Shown piece after piece: positions 35,568-44,996 of a DNA stretch of 57,102 nucleotides. Source of the stretch: an uncultured virus (IMG/VR IMGVR_UViG_2049941000_000836). Lineage: Duplodnaviria; Heunggongvirae; Uroviricota; Caudoviricetes. The DNA lies in IMG/VR virus record IMGVR_UViG_2049941000_000836. One strand, written 5' to 3'. The position numbers and the translations under genes were made by a program. How positions within the stretch are numbered: position 1 is the first letter of the stretch; each line of letters begins with the position of its first letter. The notes below the pieces were generated by a model, which was given only the letters and a program-made list of their open reading frames with translations, had not been told where the DNA came from and searched no databases.

Positions 35568-35612
35568 ATTGTATCATATAAAATCTGCCTTTGCAATGCC
35601 CTCTTTTTGCCC
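35568..35612 (-). promoter_or_regulatory. Putative late promoter with GGGCA direct repeats
   Basis: TTGCAA-17-TACAAT with extended TG; GGGCA-N6-GGGCA abutting the -35, just after the activator stop codon. Confidence 0.6.
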
Positions 35613-36317
35613 TTAAATCTGTGAACTTTGCTTAATGCCGCTTATTCCAAACATAAGAGCTGTCAGATCGGTTATGCAAGTATCAACGTCTTTGTAGACC
35701 GTGCGCTTATCAATGTGTTCGGTCTGAGCAATCTGCTCCGGGGTAAAAGGTTTATCTGAAAGATAGAGATTGTAGAGGACTCTCCACCGTCGAGCGTCAT
35801 CCTGTCTCTGGCTGCGGACGCACATGACATATTCGTAGACTTCCAACATTTTGTCAACATGGGTCATGATAATCTTGGTTTGTACGAAATTGCGCTTTAT
35901 GCTTTCAACAAACATCTCCTCGGAAGTAGAGCGGTTCTGCATGATGCGTAATATGTCCTCAAAGCTGTCATCCGCTTTTTCCGCTTCGCTCAGCTTGAAT
36001 ACGGCATGATCGAGGTAATCCCTGAACACCCGGTAATTCCGAATAAGCAGCTTTGTATTGTGGTACTTCCAGTCGTATTGTTCCTGCTGCAATCGCTTTC
36101 GCTCTTTCTCGACCGCTCGGATGGCTGCTGTCGCTGCGTAATCTGCTGCGTACTTCATAGCCTCCTCGATTGCTGCCTGAATCTTTTCGTCTGCGACCTT
36201 TTCCGCAACTATTGTCGCAACAGCAACGATAAATTCGTTGGAGTTTTGGGGATGGGTTGCGGACGGACGCTCAATCGGTTCTGCTCTGGTGTCTTTTTCT
36301 GATTGTCGATGACTCAT
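35613..36317 (-). CDS. Late transcriptional activator (RinA/ArpU-like)
   Basis: NTKLL.RNY; C-terminal HTH QIAQTEHIDKRTVYKD; position before the late operon. Confidence 0.8.
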   Translation of the reverse strand: MSHRQSEKDTRAEPIERPSATHPQNSNEFIVAVATIVAEKVADEKIQAAIEEAMKYAADYAATAAIRAVEKERKRLQQEQYDWKYHNTKLLIRNYRVFRDYLDHAVFKLSEAEKADDSFEDILRIMQNRSTSEEMFVESIKRNFVQTKIIMTHVDKMLEVYEYVMCVRSQRQDDARRWRVLYNLYLSDKPFTPEQIAQTEHIDKRTVYKDVDTCITDLTALMFGISGIKQSSQI

Positions 36318-36337
36318 GTTCGTATTGCCTCCTCCGA

Positions 36338-36853
36338 TTAATTTAAGAATCTGAGGAAGCCGCCGCTAACGCTGATTGCGTATTCCTCGACATCTATCGG
36401 CTTGATGTATTTTCTGCCGTAAATGCTTTTCATGTTCCGAAAAACATTCCACGGAATTTTATAAAAATGTTGAAAACCAAAAGATACCAGAACGAAACAC
36501 TCTGCGCCAAGGCTCGAATGCTTATCGAGCTGGTTCTCTTGCTCTTTTGAGACTACGTTTCGGGAAATGCGGTCGGAGTCGGTATGTTTCGCCTCGAATA
36601 CGACAGAGCGACCGCCTCGAAGCGTGCCTTTGTAATCCGGCTGCGCTTTTTTCGTGAAGCATGACAGGAATTGCCCTTTTTTATTCGGGGGAGAGATCGG
36701 ACGCATTGGCTCAGGCGTTTTCGCTATCTCTGCGATTCCCTCCATGCTGTAAAAGCTGCAAGCCAAATCTATGATCGTCTCCCAATGCTCACCGGCTCCT
36801 CTGGCGCGTCTGCCAGTGAGCATTTTCTTGTATCTCTGCTCCGGGTTGCTCAT
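36338..36853 (-). CDS. recU: Holliday junction resolvase RecU
   Basis: KTPEP, PDYKG, FEAKHT, Q...L. Confidence 0.9.
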   Translation of the reverse strand: MSNPEQRYKKMLTGRRARGAGEHWETIIDLACSFYSMEGIAEIAKTPEPMRPISPPNKKGQFLSCFTKKAQPDYKGTLRGGRSVVFEAKHTDSDRISRNVVSKEQENQLDKHSSLGAECFVLVSFGFQHFYKIPWNVFRNMKSIYGRKYIKPIDVEEYAISVSGGFLRFLN

Positions 36854-37146
36854 GCAATCAGCCCCATGCTTTTTGCGAACTCGGAGAGCTTGAATATTGT
36901 TCCTCCGGCGATACCCTTGCATTTTCCTTCTGAGAGAGCCTGCAAGAGCTTTTCCACGTCGGTGGTATTGTTTGTTGTCTCCGGTTCGTTCGAGCCTTCC
37001 TGCGTAGCCCTGAGCGATTCAGCGGACGTATTTGCAGCCTTAAACGCTGCGACGAGTTGCGCGTCCGTCATTTTTCTCAGGCGCACAGCCTCCGCATGAA
37101 TATCCTGCTCCTCTGTCGTAAGTCTGCATTTCCTCTTTTTTGCCAT
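36850..37146 (-). CDS. Hypothetical protein
   Basis: AVRLRKMTDAQL; GI.GGT helix-hairpin-helix-like end. Confidence 0.75.
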   Translation of the reverse strand: MAKKRKCRLTTEEQDIHAEAVRLRKMTDAQLVAAFKAANTSAESLRATQEGSNEPETTNNTTDVEKLLQALSEGKCKGIAGGTIFKLSEFAKSMGLIA

Positions 37147-37160
37147 GTGTATTCTCCTCC

Positions 37161-37610
37161 TCAGAATGGCAAATCATCACCGGCGATAGGTTTGTCTCCA
37201 TCATCCGGCTCGTAATCCGTATGCGGGATGAAATATCCTTTTCCCGTTTGGGGAACATCGTTGTTATTACTGTTCCCGGCGTTCCTACTCTCAACAAATT
37301 CAAGCTCATCCGCAACAACGTCTGTCGTGTAGACTGTGTACCCGTCTCTGTGTTTGTAGCTGCCGGTCTGGATATGCCCGACGATTGCGATTTTAAGACC
37401 CTTACGGTAATATCTGTCAACGTGTTCGGCGAGTTTCCCGAATGCAAGGCATGAAATGAAATCTGCGCTGCGTTCGTCATCGTCGCGCCTTTTCTGCTTT
37501 CGGTCAACCGCGATTTTGAAACGAGCTATGCAGAGCTGGTCTTGCCCTTCTCCCGAATACCGTATGTCCGGGTCTCTTGACAGCCGCCCTATCAGTTCTA
37601 CTTTGTTCAT
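37161..37610 (-). CDS. ssb: Single-stranded DNA-binding protein
   Basis: MNKVELIGRL.RDP, ADFI.C.AFG, C-terminal DDLPF. Confidence 0.97.
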   Translation of the reverse strand: MNKVELIGRLSRDPDIRYSGEGQDQLCIARFKIAVDRKQKRRDDDERSADFISCLAFGKLAEHVDRYYRKGLKIAIVGHIQTGSYKHRDGYTVYTTDVVADELEFVESRNAGNSNNNDVPQTGKGYFIPHTDYEPDDGDKPIAGDDLPF

Positions 37611-37634
37611 CTGCTGCTTTCCTCCGGGTAGTAA

Positions 37635-37907
37635 TTACAGGTTGTCTACCGAGATCGTCCGGTATGCTCCGAGTGCATTTGCCAAAGAGGTAAATGCTTT
37701 TCTGGCATCCGCAAGCGTGTCAAACCACAAGATCGGCTGATAATCGCCGCCGACGAATGCGTAAATGCTGTATTCTTTCTGGTTGAGCAGTGATCCGTCA
37801 GGGTTCGAGTGATGGCAGATTCTGATTCCCGAAATCTTTTCGAGGTCTATGAGAGAGTCCTCCATGAAGTTGTCCTTGGGATCTGTGTATTTAAGCCAAA
37901 GTGCCAT
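37635..37907 (-). CDS. Hypothetical protein
   Basis: AAGGAG RBS. Confidence 0.65.
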   Translation of the reverse strand: MALWLKYTDPKDNFMEDSLIDLEKISGIRICHHSNPDGSLLNQKEYSIYAFVGGDYQPILWFDTLADARKAFTSLANALGAYRTISVDNL

Positions 37908-37914
37908 TGTAATA

Positions 37915-38151
37915 TTACTCCTTGTAAATTGTAATTTTTGTGTCTGCTGCTTTTGCTTTTTCGAGTTCTTTCTTCCGACGTTCCCTGCTGATTCTGACTT
38001 CGTATATTACTGAGCCGAAGAAATCTACGCAGGATGAAATGGTGCATACTGCCGCAATAAACGCCAAAAATGCGAGTCCGCAAGCGATACAGAAAAGAAT
38101 CAGTATGATGATCGCAATGAAAAGAAATATTGCTATATCGTACATTATCAT
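37915..38151 (-). CDS. Small membrane protein
   Basis: AGGAGG RBS; hydrophobic N-terminal half. Confidence 0.6.
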   Translation of the reverse strand: MIMYDIAIFLFIAIIILILFCIACGLAFLAFIAAVCTISSCVDFFGSVIYEVRISRERRKKELEKAKAADTKITIYKE

Positions 38152-38159
38152 AAACCTCC

Positions 38160-38960
38160 TTATTCTCCATATACAAATTCCGATTGCCAACGCTCAATTG
38201 CTGCTTTGTCTTTCTCGATGCCGTCAATCCACGGAATCTGTCTGATCATGTATTCCTCGCCTACAATCGGAATGAGGCTGTCTTTCATGAATACGGTAAT
38301 GCAACTGTCGTAGCATTCCTGTACGATTGCTCTTATCCATTCTCTTTCCGGGATTACTTTGCCTTTGCGTTTTCCGGTTTCTGCTCCGATAATGACCCAT
38401 TGTGCAAATGTGTCGCACATATGTCCGATTTCGCTGCTGTAATCTCGGAGTATCGGCTCTATACTCACAAAAGTGTGCCATGCGCCTCCCCAGAAGAATT
38501 GTTCGTCTGGTGTCGTTGCTGTTGTGCCGTACCACATATTATCCCTTGCCGGGAGCTTTCCTGCTCTTGCAAGCTGTAAGTACCTTGCCGGGTTCTTGGT
38601 GAGGAAGATGTATCTATGCTGCGGGGCTTTCTCGCAAGCTGCAAATACTTCCTCAATCCAACTGTCAGGGACCCACTCGCCGAACAGGTCTGCCATGCTG
38701 CATACAAAGATCGTGCGTCCGGCTTTCTTTTCGTATTCGCCGAGAAGATACCTGTGCAGCGTAGGCGTAAATCCTGTGGGATAAACTATGCGCTTTCTGT
38801 CCTTGTAATCTGGCGTGTTGAGTTCAACAGTTTCAGCCGGTGAATCCGGTTTGCCGAATCTATGCACCAAAGTTCTGGCATAGCAGTACGGGCACCCGTG
38901 CAAGCAGCCCGTAACCGGATTCCATGTTGAGTCACACCATTCGATTTTTGTCTTATTCAT
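38160..38960 (-). CDS. Phage Gp37/Gp68 (DUF5131) family protein
   Basis: TKIEWCDSTWNPVTGC..GC.YCYA, SMADLF, LTKNP.R, S.EP. Confidence 0.92.
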   Translation of the reverse strand: MNKTKIEWCDSTWNPVTGCLHGCPYCYARTLVHRFGKPDSPAETVELNTPDYKDRKRIVYPTGFTPTLHRYLLGEYEKKAGRTIFVCSMADLFGEWVPDSWIEEVFAACEKAPQHRYIFLTKNPARYLQLARAGKLPARDNMWYGTTATTPDEQFFWGGAWHTFVSIEPILRDYSSEIGHMCDTFAQWVIIGAETGKRKGKVIPEREWIRAIVQECYDSCITVFMKDSLIPIVGEEYMIRQIPWIDGIEKDKAAIERWQSEFVYGE

Positions 38961-39186
38961 CCTGTCTTTCACTCCTGCATTGTGCGATTGGAAGTCTGGC
39001 TGCTGTTCTGATCATCAAAAGGTTTTTCTGAGCCTCTTCCAATGATTTATGCCTTGATAAAATAGTTAAAGACTTACTTCCCTCGGCAAGAATTTGAAAA
39101 TCTCCGTCAAGGTTAAAACTGGAAATATAAATCTTTTCCATCAAATCAAGATTTACGAGGTTTCCCGTCTCTGTTTCCATCCACAT
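38953..39186 (-). CDS. Hypothetical protein
   Basis: MW.ET..G.LVNLD; operon context. Confidence 0.65.
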   Translation of the reverse strand: MWMETETGNLVNLDLMEKIYISSFNLDGDFQILAEGSKSLTILSRHKSLEEAQKNLLMIRTAARLPIAQCRSERQDE

Positions 39187-39541
39187 ATACTTTGATCGTC
39201 ACCTCCTTTTTCGGTGGTGTTGGCGGCTGCTTATCTCCGACGATGTAGTCGTATATGTCTTTCAGATTATGCTGTTTCAGGCGGTTCATCAGGATTTCCT
39301 CACCGACACCGAGTTCGATGTAGTCCAGTGCGTAATTGAGGTTCTCGGTGTACTTATCGACCATCCGGCACATCCGCAGTTTACCGATTCCCCAAGTTTC
39401 GTTTGCGGTGAGCATGAACACCGCGAGGAGAATGCGCGTGAGCCGTCTACGGTACCCCTCGTTATTTCTGGCGACCGCCTTTTTCGATTCTTCATCCAGA
39501 GCTTTCTTGTAATAGGACGGCAATGTAATTCTGGATTTCAT
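39146..39541 (-). CDS. Hypothetical protein
   Basis: GGAGG RBS; WGIGKLR motif. Confidence 0.7.
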   Translation of the reverse strand: MKSRITLPSYYKKALDEESKKAVARNNEGYRRRLTRILLAVFMLTANETWGIGKLRMCRMVDKYTENLNYALDYIELGVGEEILMNRLKQHNLKDIYDYIVGDKQPPTPPKKEVTIKVYVDGNRDGKPRKS

Positions 39542-39960
39542 TGCGTAGCCTCCTCCAGAAGCGGGTTCTTTGGAAGTGTCGGCAAAGGTCTCCAATATGA
39601 CGGGGTAATGATTTCGGGGTATCCATCTGCGCTGTACCAACCGTCCTCACAAAGGATGCTCAGGCTTACCTTGCCGAATGAGTTTGCTCTCCTGACAGCA
39701 TCTTCAAATGTTTCGTCGATGTATTGGGTAATACAATCGCTGCCGAAGATTGCAGTAAGAACAGTCTGATCTTTCTCCGGGAGCTTATCCTTGACCGGAA
39801 TCCATTCGCTACTACGGATGATGTCAATAGCCGCTGTCAGCGCAGCAACATCGTCCCGCCAAATCTGAGTGTAGTCGTCGTTGTCGTCATTGGTCGTGAT
39901 GAAAGATTTGCTGTTGTCAATCAGGCTTTCCAACTGGGCTATAATCTCTTTATTCTCCAT
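39538..39960 (-). CDS. DUF551-like protein
   Basis: WIPVKDKLPE ... YWRPLP. Confidence 0.75.
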   Translation of the reverse strand: MENKEIIAQLESLIDNSKSFITTNDDNDDYTQIWRDDVAALTAAIDIIRSSEWIPVKDKLPEKDQTVLTAIFGSDCITQYIDETFEDAVRRANSFGKVSLSILCEDGWYSADGYPEIITPSYWRPLPTLPKNPLLEEATQ

Positions 39961-40342
39961 TGACTGATCTGCTCCTCTTTTGTCTTTTTTGTAATCTGCG
40001 AATATTTTTCTTTCGTACTCTCCGTGACTTTGAGTGCTTGGATAAGTGATATGCTCGCCTAAGGTTTTCCGGTCTGATGGATAGTTGATAATCCTTGTAT
40101 GCTGTCTGGTCGAGATAGCGTTTCGGTGTCATCGGCTCTGTTTTGAGCATTGCCTGACAGACTTTCATCATGCTTTCTTCGTAGTCGATTTTTTCCATCC
40201 AGAGTTGTTTTCTTGGCGGTTTGCTTTCGGTTCTGTCGTCGCTGATGATGACGCATGAGACAACAACTGCGGTAATGCGAAGTGCTGCAATTGCTGTAAT
40301 GCCCCATATAATCCAAAAAATGAAATCAACCCACATCGTCAT
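39950..40342 (-). CDS. Membrane-anchored hypothetical protein
   Basis: N-terminal TM helix; basic C-terminus. Confidence 0.6.
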   Translation of the reverse strand: MTMWVDFIFWIIWGITAIAALRITAVVVSCVIISDDRTESKPPRKQLWMEKIDYEESMMKVCQAMLKTEPMTPKRYLDQTAYKDYQLSIRPENLRRAYHLSKHSKSRRVRKKNIRRLQKRQKRSRSVNGE

Positions 40343-40640
40343 CTGCCTCTCCGCGAATCCGTCTTATCTGGCGTAGGGTCTTTTCTTCCATGATCGCACC
40401 GATTGCGCTATCCTCGAATCCTTCGATGTAGCTAATCTGCTGAATCATGTTAAGTACATCGGCAATTTCTTCGAGAAGGTGCTGTCTGGCTTTTTTCGAT
40501 TCACCGGCGTTCCCGCTTTTCAGCGACCGGTATCTCTTGATCGCCGCCTGAGATAATTCGGCTGCTTCTTCTGCCGTCTGTATGAGCTGATTCTCAATCC
40601 CATAGAATCCGGCAACAAACTGATTGTCTTTTGTGCTCAT
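40326..40640 (-). CDS. MazG-like all-alpha NTP pyrophosphatase
   Basis: EEAAEL.QA ... EEIADV. Confidence 0.8.
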   Translation of the reverse strand: MSTKDNQFVAGFYGIENQLIQTAEEAAELSQAAIKRYRSLKSGNAGESKKARQHLLEEIADVLNMIQQISYIEGFEDSAIGAIMEEKTLRQIRRIRGEADDDVG

Positions 40641-40643
40641 TGG

Positions 40644-40922
40644 CTATTCCTCCCTGACGTATTTCTCATCTACGAATACGTCGCAGATGTTTTTCCCGGT
40701 CGCAATTCCCTCGGAGTTCATCAGGTTCATGCCGCGCTTTGCATCGTTCTCAGTGCGGAACAGGCACAGCGTTCCTCTCGGTGGTATAGGTGTTACTCCA
40801 ACAAAGCCGTCAAGCCTTTTGATGAATTTTAAGGCTGCGATTCCGGCTTTTCGTATCTTTCTCGGAGTAAATCTCGTAGGCATATTTCCTACCGCAACAG
40901 CCCACAATTGTACTTCACTCAT
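40644..40922 (-). CDS. Hypothetical protein
   Basis: Coupled ORF in the early operon. Confidence 0.65.
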   Translation of the reverse strand: MSEVQLWAVAVGNMPTRFTPRKIRKAGIAALKFIKRLDGFVGVTPIPPRGTLCLFRTENDAKRGMNLMNSEGIATGKNICDVFVDEKYVREE

Positions 40923-41277
40923 GCGTCCATCTCCTCTCTGGTGTAAATAACCCGTTTTCTTCCAGTTCCTCGAGCTTTGATCGCTGAGCTTTGTTTGGCG
41001 TTCCTTCGTAGAAGTCGTTCCATACCGAAATGCAGCCGGTGATCTGGCAAAGCCAATTGATGAAGTCCCAGTAATACTCCGGTGGCACCTGATTATTCAG
41101 TTCCTCCCGGCTACAATGCCTGATCTCACAGGCTTTCTTTATCAGCCATTCCTGATGTGACGGTACGGCATAATGGACAGTTCCGGTTTCGTCAATAATG
41201 ACTTCAAGATAGCGTGTGAACGTCGCCTTATGCGTCTGAATATCGAACGGCTTTAACAAGACTTGGTAATTATCCAT
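40915..41277 (-). CDS. Hypothetical protein
   Basis: YLEVII...G...YAVPSHQ. Confidence 0.7.
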   Translation of the reverse strand: MDNYQVLLKPFDIQTHKATFTRYLEVIIDETGTVHYAVPSHQEWLIKKACEIRHCSREELNNQVPPEYYWDFINWLCQITGCISVWNDFYEGTPNKAQRSKLEELEENGLFTPERRWTHE

Positions 41278-41647
41278 TCAGCTCACCGTCGCTTTCAATT
41301 CCTGCTCTCAGCCCTTCGACGATCAGCTTGCCGTAGTATTTGCCTTTCAGACTTTCGCTCATCACCGCACCGCAATTCGGGCAGAACTTCCAATGTGGAA
41401 ATCCTCTCTGCTCTCCGCATTGATCACATTTGGTAATACATCCGTCATCAATCCACTCTCCGAGCTTTACAGGCTGCTCGACAGCTTCAACGAGCGGGCA
41501 CCACTTTGGACGATAATTAAACTTTAGTTCAATTTCTCTTTCGTCCTGATCATAGCCACAATAGCAAAAATCGCAATCGCCCTCGATACAAGCTCCGCAT
41601 TGCAAGCAGCTTTTCGGCATTTTGATTCCCTTAATCAGTACGCTCAT
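41270..41647 (-). CDS. Zinc-finger hypothetical protein
   Basis: MPKSC..C, RP.WCPL, C..C...FCPNCGA.M. Confidence 0.75.
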   Translation of the reverse strand: MSVLIKGIKMPKSCLQCGACIEGDCDFCYCGYDQDEREIELKFNYRPKWCPLVEAVEQPVKLGEWIDDGCITKCDQCGEQRGFPHWKFCPNCGAVMSESLKGKYYGKLIVEGLRAGIESDGELNG

Positions 41648-41894
41648 TGGTTATCCTCCGGTTCCAGTCGTTGGCTGCTTTCTCTCTGTCATCTTTTTCA
41701 ATGACAAATTCGCCATCTTCTTTGATTCTGAATCTGATCTCATAACGGCTCGGCAAGGTTATACCGCAATTGGAACATACGATCTTGAAATCATAGCCAA
41801 TGCATCTGTCGCCGCCGCTGCTGTAAGTTGATATGAAGCGAAAGATTGCTTCACCTCCGCAGAACGGACAGGGTTTCAATTCGATTTTATTCAT
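41631..41894 (-). CDS. Lar-family restriction alleviation protein
   Basis: LKPCPFCGG ... C.NCG ... A...WNRR. Confidence 0.85.
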   Translation of the reverse strand: MNKIELKPCPFCGGEAIFRFISTYSSGGDRCIGYDFKIVCSNCGITLPSRYEIRFRIKEDGEFVIEKDDREKAANDWNRRITNERTD

Positions 41895-42049
41895 TCGGCT
41901 TTCCTCCTCTTTTCTCTATCTGCTTCTTTCCAAACCTGATATAACGCCCACGCAAGAGGTTTTCCGATATATCTCAGGTCAAGTGCAAGTTGGTATTTGA
42001 CTTTTAGCAGCTCTATCGCTCTGTCTAAGGTCATTTCGGTTTAACCTCC

Positions 42050-42478
42050 TCATGTGGCGTTCATAAGCACTGGCTGATCGGCGTATGGTGCTGCGTCTTT
42101 TCCTGCGCTTTCCAATAATTCGGGGTTGTCGTGGATATTGCCGACAACCTCGCAATACTTCATTGTGCCTTGATTCATCGAAGGTTGCATGCGATGTTCG
42201 CCCACAGCGACAAAGCCGCTTATTTTTTCGCTCCACCTCACTGAAAAGAGCTCGTTTTTGTCGGCAATAATGTCACCTTCAAAAATCCTTCTGCCGTTCT
42301 TATCGTTAATCCCTGTGTACTGACCGACGGTTTCGGGGATAACCTTGAACACTTCAAAACGTCCCGCAACAAGCCCGTAATCTTGAATGATAAAAGAATC
42401 TATGCTTTGTCCGAAATATCCCTCTATCCATTCGCCGGTATCAGCTCTTTTGCCCCTGAACAAAATCTCTCTGTTCAT
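42050..42478 (-). CDS. YopX family protein
   Basis: REILFRGK, TVGQYTG..DKNG..IFEGDI, VVGNIHDNPELL. Confidence 0.92.
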   Translation of the reverse strand: MNREILFRGKRADTGEWIEGYFGQSIDSFIIQDYGLVAGRFEVFKVIPETVGQYTGINDKNGRRIFEGDIIADKNELFSVRWSEKISGFVAVGEHRMQPSMNQGTMKYCEVVGNIHDNPELLESAGKDAAPYADQPVLMNAT

Positions 42479-42918
42479 TTGTCGCCCTCATAATCCATGA
42501 CCGTCTTGATTGCCCTAACCAACAGTTTCATGATTTTCTCGTCCGTGTGGCTGCCCTTTTCGGTGTATTCGCCATAGAGCGACTGCTGCTTTCTGCCGAC
42601 GTCAACCATAGCCACCATGCTATCCCATGAAAAAGCGTCATCTTTTGTGATGAAATAGCCGTTTTCGTTGCGTTCGTGGTCTGCATATTCTGCAAGCCAT
42701 TCGTCAACCAATGCGCCGTTATCGCATTTGCCGTGAAGCAGATTGACCATTACGTCGATGAAACACAGTTTATCCTGATACATATACTCTTTGCGTGTTC
42801 CATTGGTGTAATCGTGGAATGCCTGCTGAATCTGTGCCTCAAAATCCTCGGGAATATGGTCGAGGTCAAAAACTAAACCTCTTGGGAATCTTACTTTCAA
42901 CTTTTTTCTTCCTCCCAT
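42475..42918 (-). CDS. Hypothetical protein
   Basis: Coupled ORF. Confidence 0.65.
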   Translation of the reverse strand: MGGRKKLKVRFPRGLVFDLDHIPEDFEAQIQQAFHDYTNGTRKEYMYQDKLCFIDVMVNLLHGKCDNGALVDEWLAEYADHERNENGYFITKDDAFSWDSMVAMVDVGRKQQSLYGEYTEKGSHTDEKIMKLLVRAIKTVMDYEGDK

Positions 42919-43169
42919 CGTTTTACGGTTTCATTAATTGCATTTGCAAAAGCTCTCAGGCTTTCCAATCGTGTGAAATACAATGTTGCGTACATTCTGT
43001 CAATGTCGGTAGCGTCTATCGTATCTCCGGCAGCGTAATTGCTCCCTTCTTTCATTCCTACAAGGTGGCATTCGTAGCCGCTCATCTTATCGGACTTTCC
43101 GATAAGAACGCCTTTGACGCTGACATGGTCTGCACCAAACACAATGTAAAAAGGATCCTTACGGCTCAT
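42897..43169 (-). CDS. Hypothetical protein
   Basis: Coupled ORF. Confidence 0.6.
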   Translation of the reverse strand: MSRKDPFYIVFGADHVSVKGVLIGKSDKMSGYECHLVGMKEGSNYAAGDTIDATDIDRMYATLYFTRLESLRAFANAINETVKRWEEEKS

Positions 43170-43719
43170 CGGTGCTATTCCTCGTGCTTTCGTAGTATTT
43201 CAGGTGTTCCCTGAGTTCTGCTGCGGAAATCATTACCCTATACAAAAGACCGATTAAGCCTACGATATCGTCTGTATAGTCTCTGGTGTCAGCCGAGGTC
43301 AGAAGCCAGTCATCGAAAGTCTCAGTATCTTCGTCCAACATTTCTGCCACGTCCGGGAAGTCATCAACTGCATATTGCCTGAGTAACTCTCGGACAATAT
43401 CTCTTGCATAATTGTCACTGCTGTAATCTCTGTATTTTGCCTCGCCGTTCTTTACATAACAGCAGTTGTGCAGCAGCTCCGTCATCGACATTTCGCTTGT
43501 AGGAATGTCGGTTACAATCGGCTCCATTTTGTTGTTCATCTGTTGTGTTGTCTCCTCTGTGTAATATTCGCATTCGGAGGGAACACACACCATGCCGAAC
43601 TGGTCGAACTTTGCAAACGGGCAGTAATCAAGATCGCACGGTGATTTTCCTGCTTCTTTGCATTTGGCGTTGTCCGGCAGGATGTGGATTCTGACGTAAT
43701 CGCTTGTTCTGATTATCAC
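43159..43719 (-). CDS. Hypothetical protein with Cys-rich N-terminus (possible internal start at MNNKMEP)
   Basis: GGAGG plus GTG start; internal GAGGAG. Confidence 0.6.
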   Translation of the reverse strand: MIIRTSDYVRIHILPDNAKCKEAGKSPCDLDYCPFAKFDQFGMVCVPSECEYYTEETTQQMNNKMEPIVTDIPTSEMSMTELLHNCCYVKNGEAKYRDYSSDNYARDIVRELLRQYAVDDFPDVAEMLDEDTETFDDWLLTSADTRDYTDDIVGLIGLLYRVMISAAELREHLKYYESTRNSTDEP

Positions 43720-44222
43720 CGTGCGTCGCCTCCCTTTTTCGGCTTGGGTATTTCTCTCCATGCGATAACTTCTCTGGTGCAGTCCTTGTAGTCAAATCCA
43801 TGCCATTCTCCGCTCTTTGTGGGATTGTAGTAAACAAGACGCAACTCGTATCTTCTACGAGAAAATTCTCGTATCTCAATGCAGCAAAGGTATATGTGAT
43901 TCTTTTTCGGTCTGACTTCTATATCCTGCGCAAATTCTGAGTGCCATCCGGTCAAATCCTCGGTCGGGTACTGAATCTTCATCCAGTACTTGATCGGTCT
44001 TGCTCCGAGACCGCCCTCCAATTTGTATGGGTATGTGCCGTCCTTATTTCTTTTGGAGTACGAGCCTACCCATCCGAACTCCACCTTATCGTCGTAGTCC
44101 TGAATGAATACGTCCATCTCAATTGCATAGGGAACAACGTCAATCCACTCGTTGGGCGAAATCTCTCTTTCGCGCATTTCGAGTTTGTGATCTTCGGTTA
44201 TATGCTCTTCGTGTATCTTCAT
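43716..44222 (-). CDS. Hypothetical protein with DUF551-like repeats
   Basis: IKYWMKI and VIAWREIP. Confidence 0.65.
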   Translation of the reverse strand: MKIHEEHITEDHKLEMREREISPNEWIDVVPYAIEMDVFIQDYDDKVEFGWVGSYSKRNKDGTYPYKLEGGLGARPIKYWMKIQYPTEDLTGWHSEFAQDIEVRPKKNHIYLCCIEIREFSRRRYELRLVYYNPTKSGEWHGFDYKDCTREVIAWREIPKPKKGGDAR

Positions 44223-44318
44223 ATCTTTACCTCAAATGCCTCTCTTTTTCGCTCAGCGTAAATCTCAGAGCGAATTTATCTTGACTGGTATAATTTGCTT
44301 ATCCTCACTTGGAACAGC

Positions 44319-44528
44319 TCAGGGCGTATTTAGGGCGAAATGCGCGTAGATGTAGTAATGTAGTAGATGTGGTAATGTAATGGAAAGGTTGTAGATGTAC
44401 TGTCCACAACGGACGCAAACATCGTCCTTGCCCCAATATCCGAGATTCTTCATTCCTCGGACGCTGCCGGTGTAGTGGATGCTTGGATGGATGTATTTCT
44501 CGTATGGTGTAAGCTTTTGGTATCTCAT
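44319..44528 (-). CDS. Hypothetical protein
   Basis: GGAG RBS. Confidence 0.55.
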   Translation of the reverse strand: MRYQKLTPYEKYIHPSIHYTGSVRGMKNLGYWGKDDVCVRCGQYIYNLSITLPHLLHYYIYAHFALNTP

Positions 44529-44546
44529 GGTGTCTCTCCCGTAATA

Positions 44547-44996
44547 TCAATCGTGTCTGGCTGTCTTTCCCACTCGACTTCCGTATGACCGCATTTCAGA
44601 CATCGGAGGACGTGGACGGTGACNNNNNNNNNNTTCGACTTCCGTATGACCGCATTTCAGACATCGGAGGACGTGGACGGTGACGTTTTCGTATGCCTCC
44701 GTCTCAACGTAAATACACGGGTCAAGCTCCGTAACTCCGTCCGGCTTGATCGTGATGCCGTCTCCGAAAGAGCATTTCTGTTTGTCGCTGCTGCTCTTTT
44801 GTTTGGTGTCGAAGTCCGCGCAGATGTACGGAGCTTTCTCCGGGTCAATTGAGTTGACAAGCTGCCTGAAATTATCGAATGCGAATACTTTGCCGTCTGC
44901 CCTAATCATAACGTCATTTCCGTTACGTCCAACGGAAATATAGCTTCTCTGGTCGATGACAAGGTTTGTGCCGCCGCCGTTCTGTATCTGTTTCAT
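44547..44996 (-). CDS. Hypothetical protein with C-terminal zinc ribbon (interrupted by an overlap gap)
   Basis: Start MKQIQN; collapsing the duplicate at the gap gives ...RCLKCGHTEVEWERQPDTID*. Confidence 0.6.
   Translation of the reverse strand: MKQIQNGGGTNLVIDQRSYISVGRNGNDVMIRADGKVFAFDNFRQLVNSIDPEKAPYICADFDTKQKSSSDKQKCSFGDGITIKPDGVTELDPCIYVETEAYENVTVHVLRCLKCGHTEVEXXXXHRPRPPMSEMRSYGSRVGKTARHD

Noticed and set aside
38160..38960. Second radical-SAM-like gene as part of the modification locus
   Set aside because: Common Gp37/Gp68 family gene in the early operon, separated from the locus; no evidence of linkage
44574..44684. 50-bp direct repeat (possible DGR repeat or duplication)
   Set aside because: Exact copy on either side of a 10-N gap, so an uncollapsed contig overlap; no reverse transcriptase in the window
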